Of a stretch of DNA of 11,081 bases, positions 8,317-11,081 are shown in pieces; positions within the stretch are counted from its first letter, which is position 1; every line of letters starts with the position of its first letter. Source of the stretch: Escherichia coli (lineage in GTDB: Bacteria; Pseudomonadota; Gammaproteobacteria; Enterobacterales; Enterobacteriaceae); NCBI RefSeq assembly GCF_003334315.1, contig NZ_QOWR01000086.1, one strand, 5' to 3'. Position numbers and translations under genes: made by a program. The notes beneath the pieces were generated by a model that made no database searches, had not been told where the DNA came from, and was given only the letters and a program-made list of their open reading frames with translations.

Positions 8317-10890
8317 ATGCGTCTGGATCGTCTTACTAATAAATTCCAGCTTGCTCTTGCCGATGCCCAATCACTTGCACTTGGGCACGACAACCAATTT
8401 ATCGAACCACTTCATTTAATGAGCGCCCTGCTGAATCAGGAAGGGGGTTCGGTTAGTCCTTTATTAACATCCGCTGGCATAAATGCTGGCCAGTTGCGCA
8501 CAGATATCAATCAGGCATTAAATCGTTTACCGCAGGTTGAAGGTACTGGTGGTGATGTCCAGCCATCACAGGATCTGGTGCGCGTTCTTAATCTTTGCGA
8601 CAAGCTGGCGCAAAAACGTGGTGATAACTTTATCTCGTCAGAACTGTTCGTTCTGGCGGCACTTGAGTCTCGCGGCACGCTGGCCGACATCCTGAAAGCA
8701 GCAGGGGCGACCACCGCCAACATTACTCAAGCGATTGAACAAATGCGTGGAGGTGAAAGCGTGAACGATCAAGGTGCTGAAGACCAACGTCAGGCTTTGA
8801 AAAAATATACCATCGACCTTACCGAACGAGCCGAACAGGGCAAACTCGATCCGGTGATTGGTCGTGATGAAGAAATTCGCCGTACCATTCAGGTGCTGCA
8901 ACGTCGTACTAAAAATAACCCGGTACTGATTGGTGAACCCGGCGTCGGTAAAACTGCCATCGTTGAAGGTCTGGCGCAGCGTATTATCAACGGCGAAGTG
9001 CCGGAAGGGTTGAAAGGCCGCCGGGTACTGGCGCTGGATATGGGCGCGCTGGTGGCTGGGGCGAAATATCGCGGTGAGTTTGAAGAACGTTTAAAAGGCG
9101 TGCTTAACGATCTTGCCAAACAGGAAGGCAACGTCATCCTATTTATCGACGAATTACATACCATGGTCGGCGCGGGTAAAGCCGATGGCGCAATGGACGC
9201 CGGAAACATGCTGAAACCGGCGCTGGCGCGTGGTGAATTGCACTGCGTAGGTGCCACGACGCTTGACGAATATCGCCAGTACATTGAAAAAGATGCTGCG
9301 CTGGAACGTCGTTTCCAGAAAGTGTTTGTTGCCGAGCCTTCTGTTGAAGATACCATTGCGATTCTGCGTGGCCTGAAAGAACGTTACGAATTGCACCACC
9401 ATGTGCAAATTACTGACCCGGCAATTGTTGCAGCGGCGACGTTGTCTCATCGCTACATTGCTGACCGTCAGCTGCCGGATAAAGCCATCGACCTGATCGA
9501 TGAAGCAGCATCCAGCATTCGTATGCAGATTGACTCAAAACCAGAAGAACTCGACCGACTCGATCGTCGTATCATCCAGCTCAAACTGGAACAACAGGCG
9601 TTAATGAAAGAGTCTGATGAAGCCAGTAAAAAACGTCTGGATATGCTCAACGAAGAACTGAGCGACAAAGAACGTCAGTACTCCGAGTTAGAAGAAGAGT
9701 GGAAAGCAGAGAAGGCATCGCTTTCTGGTACGCAGACCATTAAAGCGGAACTGGAACAGGCGAAAATCGCTATTGAACAGGCTCGCCGTGTGGGGGACCT
9801 GGCGCGGATGTCTGAACTGCAATACGGCAAAATCCCGGAACTGGAAAAGCAACTGGAAGCCGCAACGCAGCTCGAAGGCAAAACTATGCGTCTGTTGCGT
9901 AATAAAGTGACCGACGCCGAAATTGCTGAAGTGCTGGCGCGTTGGACGGGGATTCCGGTTTCTCGCATGATGGAAAGCGAGCGCGAAAAACTGCTGCGTA
10001 TGGAGCAAGAACTGCACCATCGCGTAATTGGTCAGAACGAAGCGGTTGATGCGGTATCTAACGCTATTCGTCGTAGCCGTGCGGGGCTGGCGGATCCAAA
10101 TCGCCCGATTGGTTCATTCCTGTTCCTCGGCCCAACTGGTGTGGGGAAAACAGAGCTTTGTAAGGCGCTGGCGAACTTTATGTTTGATAGCGACGAGGCG
10201 ATGGTCCGTATCGATATGTCCGAGTTTATGGAGAAACACTCGGTGTCTCGTTTGGTTGGTGCGCCTCCGGGATATGTCGGTTATGAAGAAGGTGGCTACC
10301 TGACCGAAGCGGTGCGTCGTCGTCCGTATTCCGTCATCCTGCTGGATGAAGTGGAAAAAGCGCATCCGGATGTCTTCAACATTCTGTTGCAGGTACTGGA
10401 TGATGGGCGTCTGACTGACGGGCAAGGGAGAACGGTCGACTTCCGTAATACGGTCGTCATTATGACCTCTAACCTCGGTTCCGATCTGATTCAGGAACGC
10501 TTCGGTGAACTGGATTATGCGCACATGAAAGAGCTGGTGCTCGGTGTGGTAAGCCATAACTTCCGTCCGGAATTCATTAACCGTATCGATGAAGTGGTGG
10601 TCTTCCATCCGCTGGGTGAACAGCACATTGCCTCGATTGCGCAGATTCAGTTGAAACGTCTGTACAAACGTCTGGAAGAACGTGGTTATGAAATCCACAT
10701 TTCTGACGAGGCGCTGAAACTGCTGAGCGAGAACGGTTACGATCCGGTCTATGGTGCACGTCCTCTGAAACGTGCAATTCAGCAGCAGATCGAAAACCCG
10801 CTGGCACAGCAAATACTGTCTGGTGAATTGGTTCCGGGTAAAGTGATTCGCCTGGAAGTTAATGAAGACCGGATTGTCGCCGTCCAGTAA
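8317..10890 (+). CDS. clpB: ClpB disaggregase (Hsp100/Clp AAA+ chaperone)
   Basis: Track ORF 8305..10890; the start is taken at the ATG at 8317 ([18 protein letters not shown]...), giving 857 aa. GGGAGGAG Shine-Dalgarno at 8307..8314. Two Walker A motifs (GEPGVGKT and GPTGVGKT) and a coiled-coil middle domain. Confidence 0.95.
8749..8763 (+). promoter_or_regulatory. Internal translation initiation site for the short ClpB isoform (ClpB-80)
   Basis: In-frame GTG at 8761 (codon 149), preceded by GGAGGTG (8749..8755) with a 5-nt spacer. E. coli clpB is known to yield a truncated isoform from an internal GTG at codon 149. Confidence 0.65.
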
Positions 10891-10895
10891 ATGAT

Positions 10896-10922
10896 AAAAC
10901 GAGCCCTTCGGGGCTCGTTTTT
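10896..10922 (+). terminator. clpB intrinsic terminator
   Basis: CGAGCCC (10900..10906), loop TTCG, GGGCTCG (10911..10917), followed by TTTTT. It begins 6 nt after the clpB stop. Confidence 0.85.
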
Positions 10923-10985
10923 GTCTATAAGTTAGACGGAAAAGACTATATTTAAGATGTTTTGCCTGAAAAGTGAGCGAACGAT

Positions 10986-11042
10986 AAAGTTTTTATATTT
11001 TTCGCTTGTCAGGCCGGAATAACTCCCTATAATGCGCCACCA
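10986..11042 (+). promoter_or_regulatory. rRNA operon P1 promoter (UP element, -35 TTGTCA, -10 TATAAT, GC-rich discriminator)
   Basis: AT-rich UP-like stretch AAAGTTTTTATATTTTTCG, then CTTGTCAGG (-35 at 11006..11011), a 16-bp spacer, TATAAT (11028..11033), discriminator GCGCCACC and inferred start A at 11042. This matches the canonical rrn P1 sequence TTGTCAGGCCGGAATAACTCCCTATAATGCGCCACC. The rRNA genes lie beyond the window. Confidence 0.85.
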
Positions 11043-11081
11043 CTGACACGGAACAACGGCAAACACGCCGCCGGGTCAGCG

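Noticed and set aside
10114-10812. 232-aa ORF antisense to clpB, along with other antisense ORFs inside clpB at 8889..9356, 9154..9450 and 9688..10020
   Set aside because: They lie entirely within the strongly supported clpB reading frame on the opposite strand. Their translations are low-complexity and Arg/Ser/Cys-rich with no recognisable motifs. Long antisense ORFs are expected by chance opposite a GC-balanced 2.6-kb gene.

Overview
This window reads as ordinary, well-characterised Escherichia coli-type core chromosome rather than an accessory island, and I found no novel system in it. All identifications rest on reading the supplied ORF translations and the sequence by eye, with no database search. 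Gene order is: yfiR and yfiL (-), a divergent TyrR-box region, aroF-tyrA (+), a convergent terminator, pheA with its pheL leader and attenuator (-), raiA (-), bamD (-), rluD-yfiH/pgeF (+, 4-nt overlap), clpB (+) with a sigma-32-like promoter and internal ClpB-80 start, a terminator, then the start of an rRNA operon P1 promoter at the 3' edge. All eleven genes have full-length frames. The one thing that does not fit is at the 5' edge: the expected downstream partner of yfiR, diguanylate cyclase dgcN/yfiN, starts where expected but its frame closes after 29 codons, and all three minus-strand frames are closed within 1..96. That suggests a disrupted gene or a junction with different DNA in this strain, but it rests partly on my recalled reference sequence and needs alignment to confirm.
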